This document shows positions 36,521-45,149 of a stretch of 64,000 nt of DNA, piece by piece. The number at the start of each line of letters is the position of its first letter. The first letter of the stretch is position 1. Source of the DNA: Terrimicrobiaceae bacterium (GTDB lineage Bacteria; Verrucomicrobiota; Verrucomicrobiia; Chthoniobacterales; Terrimicrobiaceae); NCBI GenBank assembly GCA_044342325.1, contig JBIIPZ010000006.1, positions 1-64,000 on the forward strand, given 5' to 3'. The notes below the pieces were generated by a model. The model did not search any database. It saw only the letters and a program-made list of their open reading frames with translations, and was not told the DNA's origin. A program made the position numbers and the translations under genes.

Positions 36521-37084
36521 ATGACTGCGGAACAAAACACATCCGATAACACCCCCAAGACAGCCATGGACAGCGAGGCCATCGAAAAGGCCATTCGTCG
36601 CATGGCCCACGAGATCGTCGAGCGACACGACTCGCCCAGCCGCATCGTTCTTGCCGGAATTCCTACGCGTGGTGTGGAGGTGGCCCGCCGCCTCGCCGAC
36701 CACATCGAGAAAATCGAAGGCGTGCGTCCCTATTTGGGGACACTGGACATCTCGATGCACCGCGATGACCTCTCGACCCGTGGCAAGGTGACCGCGCTCG
36801 AAGTCACCGACCTGCCGGTGGACCTCGACGCCCGCCCGCTTGTCCTTGTCGATGATGTTTTTTTCACCGGCCGCACGACACGCGCCGCGCTGGACGCCTT
36901 GGCCTCGTTCGGGCGTCCCTCCACCATTCAACTCGCCGTGCTGGTGGATCGCGGCCACCGGGAACTCCCCATCCGGCCTGATTATGTTGGCAAAAACCTC
37001 CCGACCTCGCGGGAGGAAAAAATCCGCGTTCGCTTCGAAAATCTCGACGGCGTGCCCGACTCAGTCGTCGTCATCAAACCATGA
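36521..37084 (+). CDS. pyrR: pyrimidine operon regulator / uracil phosphoribosyltransferase
   Basis: Motifs RMAHEIVER, GIPTRG, LVDDVFFTGRT and DRGHRELPIRPDYVGKN. Confidence 0.96.
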   Translation: MTAEQNTSDNTPKTAMDSEAIEKAIRRMAHEIVERHDSPSRIVLAGIPTRGVEVARRLADHIEKIEGVRPYLGTLDISMHRDDLSTRGKVTALEVTDLPVDLDARPLVLVDDVFFTGRTTRAALDALASFGRPSTIQLAVLVDRGHRELPIRPDYVGKNLPTSREEKIRVRFENLDGVPDSVVVIKP

Positions 37085-38016
37085 GCACCTGGACCCGCAA
37101 AGACCTCACCGGACTCGACGAACTCACCGCCGCCGAGATCAACTTCCTTCTCGACACCGCCCGTGCTTTCAAAGGCGTCGGCGAGCGCAGCCTGAAAAAA
37201 GTGCCCGCCCTGCGAGGCAAGACCCTCGTGAATTTCTTCGTCGAGCCGAGCACTCGCACCCGCACCTCCTTCGAGGTCGCTGCCATGCGCCTCAGCGCGG
37301 ATGTGGTGAACATCTCGGCCACCGCCTCCAGCCTGCAAAAAGGCGAAACGCTCAAGGACACGGCCCTCAACCTCCAAGCCCTCCAGGCCGACATCATCGT
37401 TCTCCGCCACAGTTCCCCCGGTTCGTCCCGCTTCCTCGCTGAACGCCTCGACTCGAGCATCATCAACGCTGGTGATGGCGCCCACGAGCACCCCACGCAG
37501 GGCCTGCTCGATATCTTCACGATCCGGGAAAAATTCGGCCGTATCGAGGGCCTGAACATCGCCATCGTCGGCGATATCCTCTTCAGCCGTGTCGCCCGCT
37601 CAAACATCTTCGGCCTGCTCAAACTCGGCGCGAATGTAACCCTCGTCGGACCCTCGACCCTCGTTCCAAAGAGTTTTGAAAAACTCGGCGTCCGCGTCAG
37701 CCACCGCCTCGACGACATTCTCGCCGAAGTGGATGTCGTAAACCTCCTGCGCATCCAACACGAGCGCCAGCGCAAGGAATACTTCCCCGGTCTCGGCGAA
37801 TATGTCTCCCTCTTCGGCCTCACCAAAGCCCGCGCCGCAAAGCTCAAGCCATCCTGCCTCATCATGCACCCCGGCCCGATCAACCGCGGGGTGGAAATCG
37901 ACAGCGACATCGCTGATGGACACCAGAGCGTGATACTCGAACAAGTCACCAACGGCATCGCCGTCCGCATGGCCGTCCTCTACTCCTGCGCCGGAGGAGC
38001 CGGCGTGCCCGCATGA
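37081..38016 (+). CDS. pyrB: aspartate carbamoyltransferase catalytic subunit
   Basis: Motifs FVEPSTRTRTSF, NAGDGAHEHPTQ, LRIQHER and MHPGPINRG. Confidence 0.97.
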   Translation: MSTWTRKDLTGLDELTAAEINFLLDTARAFKGVGERSLKKVPALRGKTLVNFFVEPSTRTRTSFEVAAMRLSADVVNISATASSLQKGETLKDTALNLQALQADIIVLRHSSPGSSRFLAERLDSSIINAGDGAHEHPTQGLLDIFTIREKFGRIEGLNIAIVGDILFSRVARSNIFGLLKLGANVTLVGPSTLVPKSFEKLGVRVSHRLDDILAEVDVVNLLRIQHERQRKEYFPGLGEYVSLFGLTKARAAKLKPSCLIMHPGPINRGVEIDSDIADGHQSVILEQVTNGIAVRMAVLYSCAGGAGVPA

Positions 38017-38168
38017 AAAAAATTACCCGCATCACAACAGAGCGGGGCACGGGCGTCCCGCCCGTGAAAGATTTTTGCGCGGCAACCTCATCGACACAAT
38101 CTCCAACTCCTGCCCTTTCACAGGCGGGACGCCTGTTCCCCCGTCCTGCCTCCTTCGTCCAAGCATGA
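38013..38168 (+). other. 51-codon bridging ORF made from the duplicated pyrC start plus a REP doublet
   Basis: MKKITRITTERGTGVPPVKDFCAATSSTQSPTPALSQAGRLFPRPASFVQA*. Its ATG overlaps the pyrB TGA and its TGA overlaps the pyrC ATG. Confidence 0.55.
38044..38141. repeat. inverted REP pair (REPIN-like)
   Basis: GGGGCACGGGCG-TCC-CGCCCGTGAAAG ... CTTTCACAGGCG-GGA-CGCCTGTTCCCC. Confidence 0.85.
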
Positions 38169-39445
38169 AAAAAATCACCCGCATCGCCAACGGCCGCGTC
38201 ATCGACCCTGCCAACAACCGTGACGAAACCGCCGACCTCTGGATCGCCGACGGCAAAATCATCGAGCCCATGCCGGGCAAGGAGACCGAGACGATCGATG
38301 CCGCCGGTCTCGTCGTAGCGCCGGGTCTCATCGACATCCATGTTCACCTCCGCGAGCCGGGCCAATCGCACAAAGAGACAATGGCCAGCGGCACACGCGC
38401 CGCAGCGGCCGGAGGATTCACTACCGTTGTCGCCATGCCGAATACAAATCCCTCGGCGGACAGCGCCGCGACGATCACTTGGATCAAAGAAAAAGCCGCG
38501 CGCGAAGCCTGCGTGAATGTTCTCTGCACCGGGGCGATCACCAAGGGACTGAAAGGCGAGGAACTCGCTCCCGTCGGCTCGCTTTTCAATGCCGGAGTCG
38601 TCGCGCTCACCGACGACGGCCATTGCATCCAGAACAACGAAATCATGCGCTGCGCGGTGGAATACGCCCGCATGTTTGGCCTCACCGTGATGGATCACTG
38701 CCAGGACTACTCCATCGTCGGCGACGGCATCATGCACGAGGGCGAGTGGAGCCTCCGCCTCGGTCTGCCCGGCTGGCCACGCGCTGGCGAGGAAATGATT
38801 GTCGCCCGCAACATCATGCTGGCGGAACTTTGCGACTCCCCTATCCACTGCCAACACATCAGCTCCGGCGGCAGCGTGCGCCTCATCCGCGAGGCCCGCG
38901 CGCGCGGCGTCAAAATTTCTGGCGAAGTCTGCGCCCACCACATCGCGCTCACCGATGCGACACTCGCCGCCTTCGACAGCAATTTTAAAATGAACCCGCC
39001 CCTGCGCACGCAGGAGGACATCGAGGCGATCATCGAAGGCATCGCCGACGGCACACTGACGATCCTCTGCAGCGACCACGCGCCGCATGCCTCCTACGAG
39101 AAGGAGGTCGAGATCGACCACGCCCCGTTCGGCATCACCGGCCTTGAAACCGAGTTTGCCATTTTCCACGACATCCTCGTCCACAAACGCCAAGCGATCG
39201 ACCTGCCCCGCCTCATTGCCCTTTTCACCTCCGAGCCAGCCGCGCTTCTCAATCTGGATCGTGGCACACTCTCCTGTGGAGCGGCGGCGGATGTCGTGCT
39301 CATTGCTCCCAAGCTGGATTGGACTTTTGACAAAACCCAATCCGCCTCGCTCTCCAAAAACACGCCCTTCCATGGCCACACTTGGCGCGGCCGGGCAGTT
39401 CGCACCATCGTGGCCGGCGAGACGGTCTGGACGCTGGCGGCTTAA
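38165..39445 (+). CDS. pyrC: dihydroorotase (type I)
   Basis: Motifs PGLIDIHVHLREPG, AMPNTNP, KMNPPLR, SDHAPH and APFG. Confidence 0.96.
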   Translation: MKKITRIANGRVIDPANNRDETADLWIADGKIIEPMPGKETETIDAAGLVVAPGLIDIHVHLREPGQSHKETMASGTRAAAAGGFTTVVAMPNTNPSADSAATITWIKEKAAREACVNVLCTGAITKGLKGEELAPVGSLFNAGVVALTDDGHCIQNNEIMRCAVEYARMFGLTVMDHCQDYSIVGDGIMHEGEWSLRLGLPGWPRAGEEMIVARNIMLAELCDSPIHCQHISSGGSVRLIREARARGVKISGEVCAHHIALTDATLAAFDSNFKMNPPLRTQEDIEAIIEGIADGTLTILCSDHAPHASYEKEVEIDHAPFGITGLETEFAIFHDILVHKRQAIDLPRLIALFTSEPAALLNLDRGTLSCGAAADVVLIAPKLDWTFDKTQSASLSKNTPFHGHTWRGRAVRTIVAGETVWTLAA

Positions 39446-40632
39446 AGCGTTTCTGGGGCGTTCAGCAACTCGGCGATGCGCTTGAGGAGGCGGCCGGCAG
39501 CACCGCCGTCCAAGACGCGGTGGTCGAAGCTCAGCGTGAACATAGCTTCCACAACCGGCACAAATTCCTCCAGCTGGGGATTCCAGCTCGGGACGGTCTG
39601 TCCAGCGCCCATGCCAAGAAGGACGGTTTGTTCGGGAAGCGGAATCGGTGTGGCAAGAGTCAGGCCGAAGGTGCCGTAGTTGGTGATTGTAGCGATGGAT
39701 CCGCCGGTGTCGGCGGCAGGCAGGCGGCGTTGGCGCGCGAGTTCCACGAGGCGGTTGTAGCGGGAAACGAGATCGTCGAGGGGAAATTGGTCGGCGTTGC
39801 GAATGACGGGAACCAAGACGCCGTCATCGGCTTCAACGGCGAATCCGATATCCACCGAAGGCGGGTGCACGATGCTTTCGCCTACAAGGCGACCTGCGGG
39901 AGCGCTATTTTCGCCTAGGGCAACAGCAAGAGCGCGAAGTGCATAGAGCGCGGGGCCAGGCTTGGAGGGATGCGACTTGCGGTGGGCGAGGAGTTTGTCG
40001 AGTTGGATGGGAATTCCCACCGTGGCCAGCGGGCGCGACCAGCTGCGGATCATGGCGTCGGCCACGGCTTTCCGCATCGGTGAGGCGGGAGTGATTTTAT
40101 TGTTTTCTATGCTCCCCAGGAAGCGCTCAAGGTCTTCGATAGTTACGCGTCCACCAGCGCCACTGCCGGCGATGCCCGCGAGATCTGCCGCGCGGAGCCC
40201 AAGCTCCGACATGCGGGCCTTCATGCGCGGCGAGAGGTAGGTAACTCCGCCGGCGTGGGCGGGAACGGGAAGTCCGCCAGGCACGGTTGGCTCCACTTTT
40301 TGCGGAGCGGGTGGCGTGTCGGAGCGCTTCTTGGCTGGCTTGCGCGAGGTTTTTTCAGGTTCATCCAAGCCAAGGCGCTTGGCCTCTTCGGCGCTGACTT
40401 CGATCTGACCGAGAATCGCACCCACCGGATAGCTCGTGCCGTTTTCGGCGAGAATTTCCGTGATCACTCCCGAGCAGGGCGCGGTGACGGCCATCATAGC
40501 CTTGTTTGTCTCGACCTCGATGAGATCGGCATCGGCTTGAATGCTGTCACCTTCTTTGAAAAGGAGGCGAACGATGGTCGCCTCGGCGATGGATTCGCCG
40601 AGTTGGGGCATTTTAATGGGAACGAAGGCCAT
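39442..40632 (-). CDS. 2-oxoacid dehydrogenase E2 (dihydrolipoamide acyltransferase)
   Basis: Lipoyl domain (MPQLGESIAE, EVETNKA), peripheral-subunit-binding motif GSGAGGRVT and catalytic SFDHRVLDG. Confidence 0.93.
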   Translation of the reverse strand: MAFVPIKMPQLGESIAEATIVRLLFKEGDSIQADADLIEVETNKAMMAVTAPCSGVITEILAENGTSYPVGAILGQIEVSAEEAKRLGLDEPEKTSRKPAKKRSDTPPAPQKVEPTVPGGLPVPAHAGGVTYLSPRMKARMSELGLRAADLAGIAGSGAGGRVTIEDLERFLGSIENNKITPASPMRKAVADAMIRSWSRPLATVGIPIQLDKLLAHRKSHPSKPGPALYALRALAVALGENSAPAGRLVGESIVHPPSVDIGFAVEADDGVLVPVIRNADQFPLDDLVSRYNRLVELARQRRLPAADTGGSIATITNYGTFGLTLATPIPLPEQTVLLGMGAGQTVPSWNPQLEEFVPVVEAMFTLSFDHRVLDGGAAGRLLKRIAELLNAPETL

Positions 40633-40638
40633 GGTGGA

Positions 40639-41601
40639 TCAGATGTGAAGGAGGCGCCGGGCTGCGGCGGCAATGGTGGATGCTGTGGGGCGGTGGGCCG
40701 CCCAAAGGTCGGGATGATAAGGGACCGGCGTGTCTTTGGCGTTGATCCGCATGGGAGCGGCATCGAGGAGGCCGAAGCCTTCGGTGGAAACGCGGGCGAG
40801 AACTTCTGCTGTGACACCGCCCCAAGGCCACTCTTCACTCACGCAGAGCAGGCGGCCGGTGCGGGCGACGGATGCCAGAATCGTGTCTGTGTCCAGCGGC
40901 TTCACGCTGCGCAGGTCGACAACTTCGATTTCGTATCCGTCCTCCACCAGTTCCTGGGCGGCGGCGAGGGATTCGTGGAGCATGGCGCCATGGGTCACGA
41001 TGGTGGCATCGCGACCGGCACGGGCGATGCGGGCCTTGCCAATCGGCAGAGCGGTCTCGGGGAGGGAATCCGCTTTGAGATGGTTATAGAGAAACTTGTG
41101 CTCACAGAAAATAACCGGGTCGTCGATGTTCACGGCTTCGAGCAACATCGTGTAGGCATCCTCGACGGTTGCGGGTGTCACAACCACCAGACCGGGCCAG
41201 TGGGCGTAAATGGCTTCCAGACTCTGGCTGTGGAAGGGACCGCCGCCGGAAGTGCCGCCGGAGGGCAGGCGCACCACGATCGGGCAGGGAACGCTGGTGC
41301 GATAGAAAAGCGTGGCAGCGTGGTTGACGATCTGGTTGAGGCCGCAGGTAGAGAAGTCGGCGAACTGCATTTCGACAATCGGCCGGGCACCTTCAATGGC
41401 GGCACCGATCGCCATGCCCACGATGGCGTCCTCGCTCAGCGGTGCGTCCAGCACGCGTCCGGGGAACTCGGCGGAAAGATTTTTGGTGGCTTTGAAGGCA
41501 CCGCCGAAATTGCCGATGTCTTGCCCGTAGAGAAAAACGCGGGAGTCGGTCGCGAGGGCCTTTTGCTGGGCGAGGCGGATGGCTTCGAGGTAGGTGATCA
41601 T
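40639..41601 (-). CDS. 2-oxoacid dehydrogenase E1 beta subunit
   Basis: Motifs GGAFKAT, DAPLSE, EMQFADF, GPFHSQ and DPVIFCEHK. Confidence 0.95.
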   Translation of the reverse strand: MITYLEAIRLAQQKALATDSRVFLYGQDIGNFGGAFKATKNLSAEFPGRVLDAPLSEDAIVGMAIGAAIEGARPIVEMQFADFSTCGLNQIVNHAATLFYRTSVPCPIVVRLPSGGTSGGGPFHSQSLEAIYAHWPGLVVVTPATVEDAYTMLLEAVNIDDPVIFCEHKFLYNHLKADSLPETALPIGKARIARAGRDATIVTHGAMLHESLAAAQELVEDGYEIEVVDLRSVKPLDTDTILASVARTGRLLCVSEEWPWGGVTAEVLARVSTEGFGLLDAAPMRINAKDTPVPYHPDLWAAHRPTASTIAAAARRLLHI

Positions 41602-42608
41602 GAGGCGGCGTATTGTTCCCGGTATTCGGGTCTGGAGAGAGCGGCCCAGTCATCTTCACTCGGATCTGGCGAGGGTTCGCGGCGGACGCGGTAGGCTGTG
41701 TCATTGACCTCGGCCTCGGTCTCGTGCCTCCAGGCGGCGACTTCATCAGCCGTGTGCCAGCCTTGGTCGATGATGTGCTTTTCCGCGAGCAGCACACAAT
41801 CCGAACCAACAGTGGATTTTTTCAATTTGGGATCGAGATAAGCAAAGTCGTCATGCTCTCCGTGGCCGACGAGGCGCAGCAAGTCGGCAACGACCAGCTG
41901 GGGTCCGCCGCCTTCGCGTGCGGCGTGAATGGCGTTGCGCAAGGTCTGGAGGCAATCCATCAGGCTTGTGCCATCGGCCTTGTGAGCACCCACTCCATAG
42001 CCTGCGGCTTTGTCCAGAAGGTCGGCGCAGGCGTATTGGCGGGAGTTCGGTGTGGAGTAGGCGTATTGGTTATTCGCAACAACCACGATGAGCGGCAACT
42101 TGTCCACAGCGGCGGCATTGAGCCCTTCGTGGAACGCGCCGGTGGATGTCCCGCCATCGCCGATGCAGGTGGCTCCCACGGCACCCTGCTCGCCTTTGAG
42201 ACGGCGCGCGAGAAGTGCTCCCGCCACGCTGGGGATCATGGCTCCAAGGTGACTGATCATGGCATAGTAGCCATCCTGGGGACGGCCGCGATGGATGTTT
42301 CCATCCCGGCCACGCATGGAGCCGAGCTGAGATCCCAGGTAGGTGCGAAGTGTGTCGAGAACCGTGTCGCCGAATGCGAGGCGTCCAGCTTGATCTCGGA
42401 TGAGCGGGGCAAAAACATCACCCCGTCGGAGTTGGATGCCCACGGAGACGCTCAGCGCCTCCTGGCCGCGGCCGAGGAACACGCCGCCCTTGATCATGCC
42501 GGCACGGAAAAGGGCTGCGAGTTTTTCCTCCAGCACGCGTGAGGTGAGCATGACGCGGTAAGCTTTGATGAAATCGGACTGGGTAACCGGCGCGATCTTT
42601 TTGGACAT
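41598..42608 (-). CDS. 2-oxoacid dehydrogenase E1 alpha subunit
   Basis: GQEA and the TPP-binding motif GDGGTSTGAFHEGLN...NNQYA; start MSKKIAP. Confidence 0.93.
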   Translation of the reverse strand: MSKKIAPVTQSDFIKAYRVMLTSRVLEEKLAALFRAGMIKGGVFLGRGQEALSVSVGIQLRRGDVFAPLIRDQAGRLAFGDTVLDTLRTYLGSQLGSMRGRDGNIHRGRPQDGYYAMISHLGAMIPSVAGALLARRLKGEQGAVGATCIGDGGTSTGAFHEGLNAAAVDKLPLIVVVANNQYAYSTPNSRQYACADLLDKAAGYGVGAHKADGTSLMDCLQTLRNAIHAAREGGGPQLVVADLLRLVGHGEHDDFAYLDPKLKKSTVGSDCVLLAEKHIIDQGWHTADEVAAWRHETEAEVNDTAYRVRREPSPDPSEDDWAALSRPEYREQYAAS

Positions 42609-42741
42609 TGGATGTATTTTATACGGGTAAGCCGCTACTTGCTGCAAAGCATTCCTTCGTGGCCTGCCAGCAAAACTTTGGACATGCTCCAAAAATGGGT
42701 CGCGTCTCGGAGAAGGTCTTCGAGAGAACGCGGAATGCGAC

Positions 42742-44919
42742 TTACTTTGTTGGAGGCATGATCTGAATGGAGAGCGGGGTCGCTGTATCAAGGTGGACTT
42801 CCCTCTGTGGGAGCGCGAGGAGTATGCCCTCGGCTTGAAATGCCTCGTAGATTGCCAAGCGGAGTTCACCAGGCACCGCATTGGCCGTGCGAGGGTTGGT
42901 TTTATCGATCCAGTAAAAAACACAGAGGATGAGCGAGTCTCGTTGAAAATCCTGAAGAAACACCTCCACACGTCGATCTTTGAGAACTTCTCCGTGGGCG
43001 GTAACGATGTCTTGAACAATACGGATGGCCTTCTGCAGCGGTGCACCATGAGCGATTCCAACACGAAAATCTTGTCGGGCATGGCGATTGCTTAGTGTCC
43101 AATTTACAACCGTATTCTGCAGGATCACGCTATTTGGAATAAGAATTTCCACACCGTCGATCCGGCGGAGTTGGCAGCACCGGGTTCCGATGGCGGTTAC
43201 TAAGCCGGCGAATGTCTCGACTTCAATGACATCCCCAATCCGGATGGGGCGTTCGAAGAGGAGAATGATACCGCTGATGAGATTGTTCACCAGTTGCTGG
43301 GCTCCAAATCCCACAGCGATTGCGGCACCGCCGCCAAGCAGGGCGAAAATCGTAAGGGGAATCTTCACGAGAGCCAATGCAATGAGGCAGATGATTCCCA
43401 GTAGCAAAATGTGGGTGAATTTTTGAACAATCGCACCCGTCGTGGCATCCAGGCTGAAGCGCTCACTGAGCCTCGAGCGCAGCCAACGACTGAAGGCGGC
43501 GGAGGCGAGTCCGCCCACAATCAAAATGCCCAGGGCGATCGACAACATGCCAAGGGTCACAGAGCTCGGACGCTGGACGAGTTGGCCGTTGACGAAAACC
43601 GAATCGTTGAGAGTGAAAATCTCGGTATTCCAGAGATTGTGCGCCTGCGTGGTGAGCGATGTGGCTGCGGCGTCCATTTTTTCTCCTAGCCCGAGGCTTT
43701 TACGCTTGGAACCTAGATCCGCCGTGGTGAGCTTAATTAGTTCCAAGAGTGCAGAAAATCCATTTTCCCAGTCCGAGAGGACGGATTCCTCTTGTTGAAA
43801 TGCTTTGTCCACCGCGTCAGCAAGGTTTGGCTGAGCCTTGAACTCATTCGCCTCGAGTGCGAGCGAGGCCTTGCGCCAGCGATCCTGGAGTTTGGAACGA
43901 AGGCCGATGATCAGCGGTTGCCATGCCTGCACATCCTGCGATTTATCATTCAGGAGGCGGGCAATTTCCTCGACGCCCATCGCATTTTTTGTGTTCCAGA
44001 GGTCATATCGGGATTGCCAGACCTGACCGGTTATCGTCAGGCCGATACGCTGGTATTCAAATAGCTGCAACTGGTTCTCCATGCTCTCCGCGAGCAAATT
44101 AGCGATGTCCTTGTTGCCTTGGGTTGAATTTTCCGATGCAGGTTTTTTGACTTGTTTTCCGACCTTCGTCAGGGAATCGGTGAGCTTGTCCTCGGCTTTC
44201 TGAACCTCTTCCAGTTTGGCTTGAAGAAGGTTCTCCGGGAAGGATACGCGACCCGCTAGGCTTGAAATATTTAACTTCGCAAGCTGGATGAGAGCCTGCT
44301 GCAAGTCGACGTCCGCCTGCCAGCTTCGCTTGTCGGATCGGAGGGAATGCTCGGCAAGAGTGGCCTGCACGCGGGTGCGTTGGAGTTCAAGAACCCATGC
44401 GTCGCGGGGAGATGCAGTAGGCCCCGCCGCTTCCAAAACTTGGAGTTTTTGCTGCTGGTTTTTCAGCGTCACAAAAGCAGTGCTCTCCTGAGCATCGCGG
44501 GTGGAACCGATTTTATTGAGCGCTTCCAGCCAATCCTCAGCCTGCCAGTCATTGACCCTCGCCGTGTCGAAGAGAAGGAGCCCGCTTTCTGGTGTGATTT
44601 CCGGCGGCTTAAAGTCGGAGACGGCTTGCCGCACCTCGGAGGCTTGCTTTTCCAGAGCCATTGCCGCGGTGCCCCACTCTTCGGTCAGGGACTGGGCTTC
44701 GACAAGTTTGGTGAGGAGGTGGACGTATTCCCGATATTCCTCTGGCGTCGCAGGCTGTTGTTTCTGAAACTCCTCCACCCCGGCCTGACGTGCGGCATCC
44801 AGAAGCTGATGATAGTCCTTGCTGACGGTTGGCGTTGGAATGGGGGTCGGCTCTTGGGAAGACGCTTGGACAATAAACGCAAAAAAAATGCCGAGTGCTG
44901 CTTTTAATAAAATGTTCAT
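42742..44919 (-). CDS. MscS-family mechanosensitive channel with large N-terminal periplasmic domain (copy A)
   Basis: Signal peptide, helical region, 3 TM helices, then GFGAQQLVNNLISGIILLFERPIRIGD, IPNS and NWT. Confidence 0.92.
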   Translation of the reverse strand: MNILLKAALGIFFAFIVQASSQEPTPIPTPTVSKDYHQLLDAARQAGVEEFQKQQPATPEEYREYVHLLTKLVEAQSLTEEWGTAAMALEKQASEVRQAVSDFKPPEITPESGLLLFDTARVNDWQAEDWLEALNKIGSTRDAQESTAFVTLKNQQQKLQVLEAAGPTASPRDAWVLELQRTRVQATLAEHSLRSDKRSWQADVDLQQALIQLAKLNISSLAGRVSFPENLLQAKLEEVQKAEDKLTDSLTKVGKQVKKPASENSTQGNKDIANLLAESMENQLQLFEYQRIGLTITGQVWQSRYDLWNTKNAMGVEEIARLLNDKSQDVQAWQPLIIGLRSKLQDRWRKASLALEANEFKAQPNLADAVDKAFQQEESVLSDWENGFSALLELIKLTTADLGSKRKSLGLGEKMDAAATSLTTQAHNLWNTEIFTLNDSVFVNGQLVQRPSSVTLGMLSIALGILIVGGLASAAFSRWLRSRLSERFSLDATTGAIVQKFTHILLLGIICLIALALVKIPLTIFALLGGGAAIAVGFGAQQLVNNLISGIILLFERPIRIGDVIEVETFAGLVTAIGTRCCQLRRIDGVEILIPNSVILQNTVVNWTLSNRHARQDFRVGIAHGAPLQKAIRIVQDIVTAHGEVLKDRRVEVFLQDFQRDSLILCVFYWIDKTNPRTANAVPGELRLAIYEAFQAEGILLALPQREVHLDTATPLSIQIMPPTK

Positions 44920-44981
44920 TACTGCGGTGATTCCTGTTGCCGCATGAAGGATCAGCATGAGGATACACAACCTCTTCCAAA

Positions 44982-45089
44982 AAGAAGCCAGAAATTCGTC
45001 CAGACTACCAAGAGACCGTGATCGTGTGCGCTTGCGGTGCCACAAAAGAATTGCTCGAATCCTGGGAAAAGCTCACCCGCGCGCGATGA
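44982..45089 (+). pseudogene. start-less rpmE'::'prfA fusion remnant
   Basis: 44982-45044 matches rpmE 47366-47428 at 61/63 nt with ATG changed to AAG. 45045-45085 matches prfA 47788-47828 at 39/41 nt. Ends in TGA. Confidence 0.9.
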
Positions 45090-45149
45090 TCGACCAATTT
45101 TTTGGTTCGAAGCGGCGAGATTCCGCAGGCTGAGCGGATGCGGGAGTGT

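Noticed and set aside
38013..38030. Programmed -1 frameshift from the bridge ORF into pyrC at ATG AAA AAA ATT
   Set aside because: It is not a canonical X XXY YYZ slippery heptamer in that frame, and pyrC has its own ATG.
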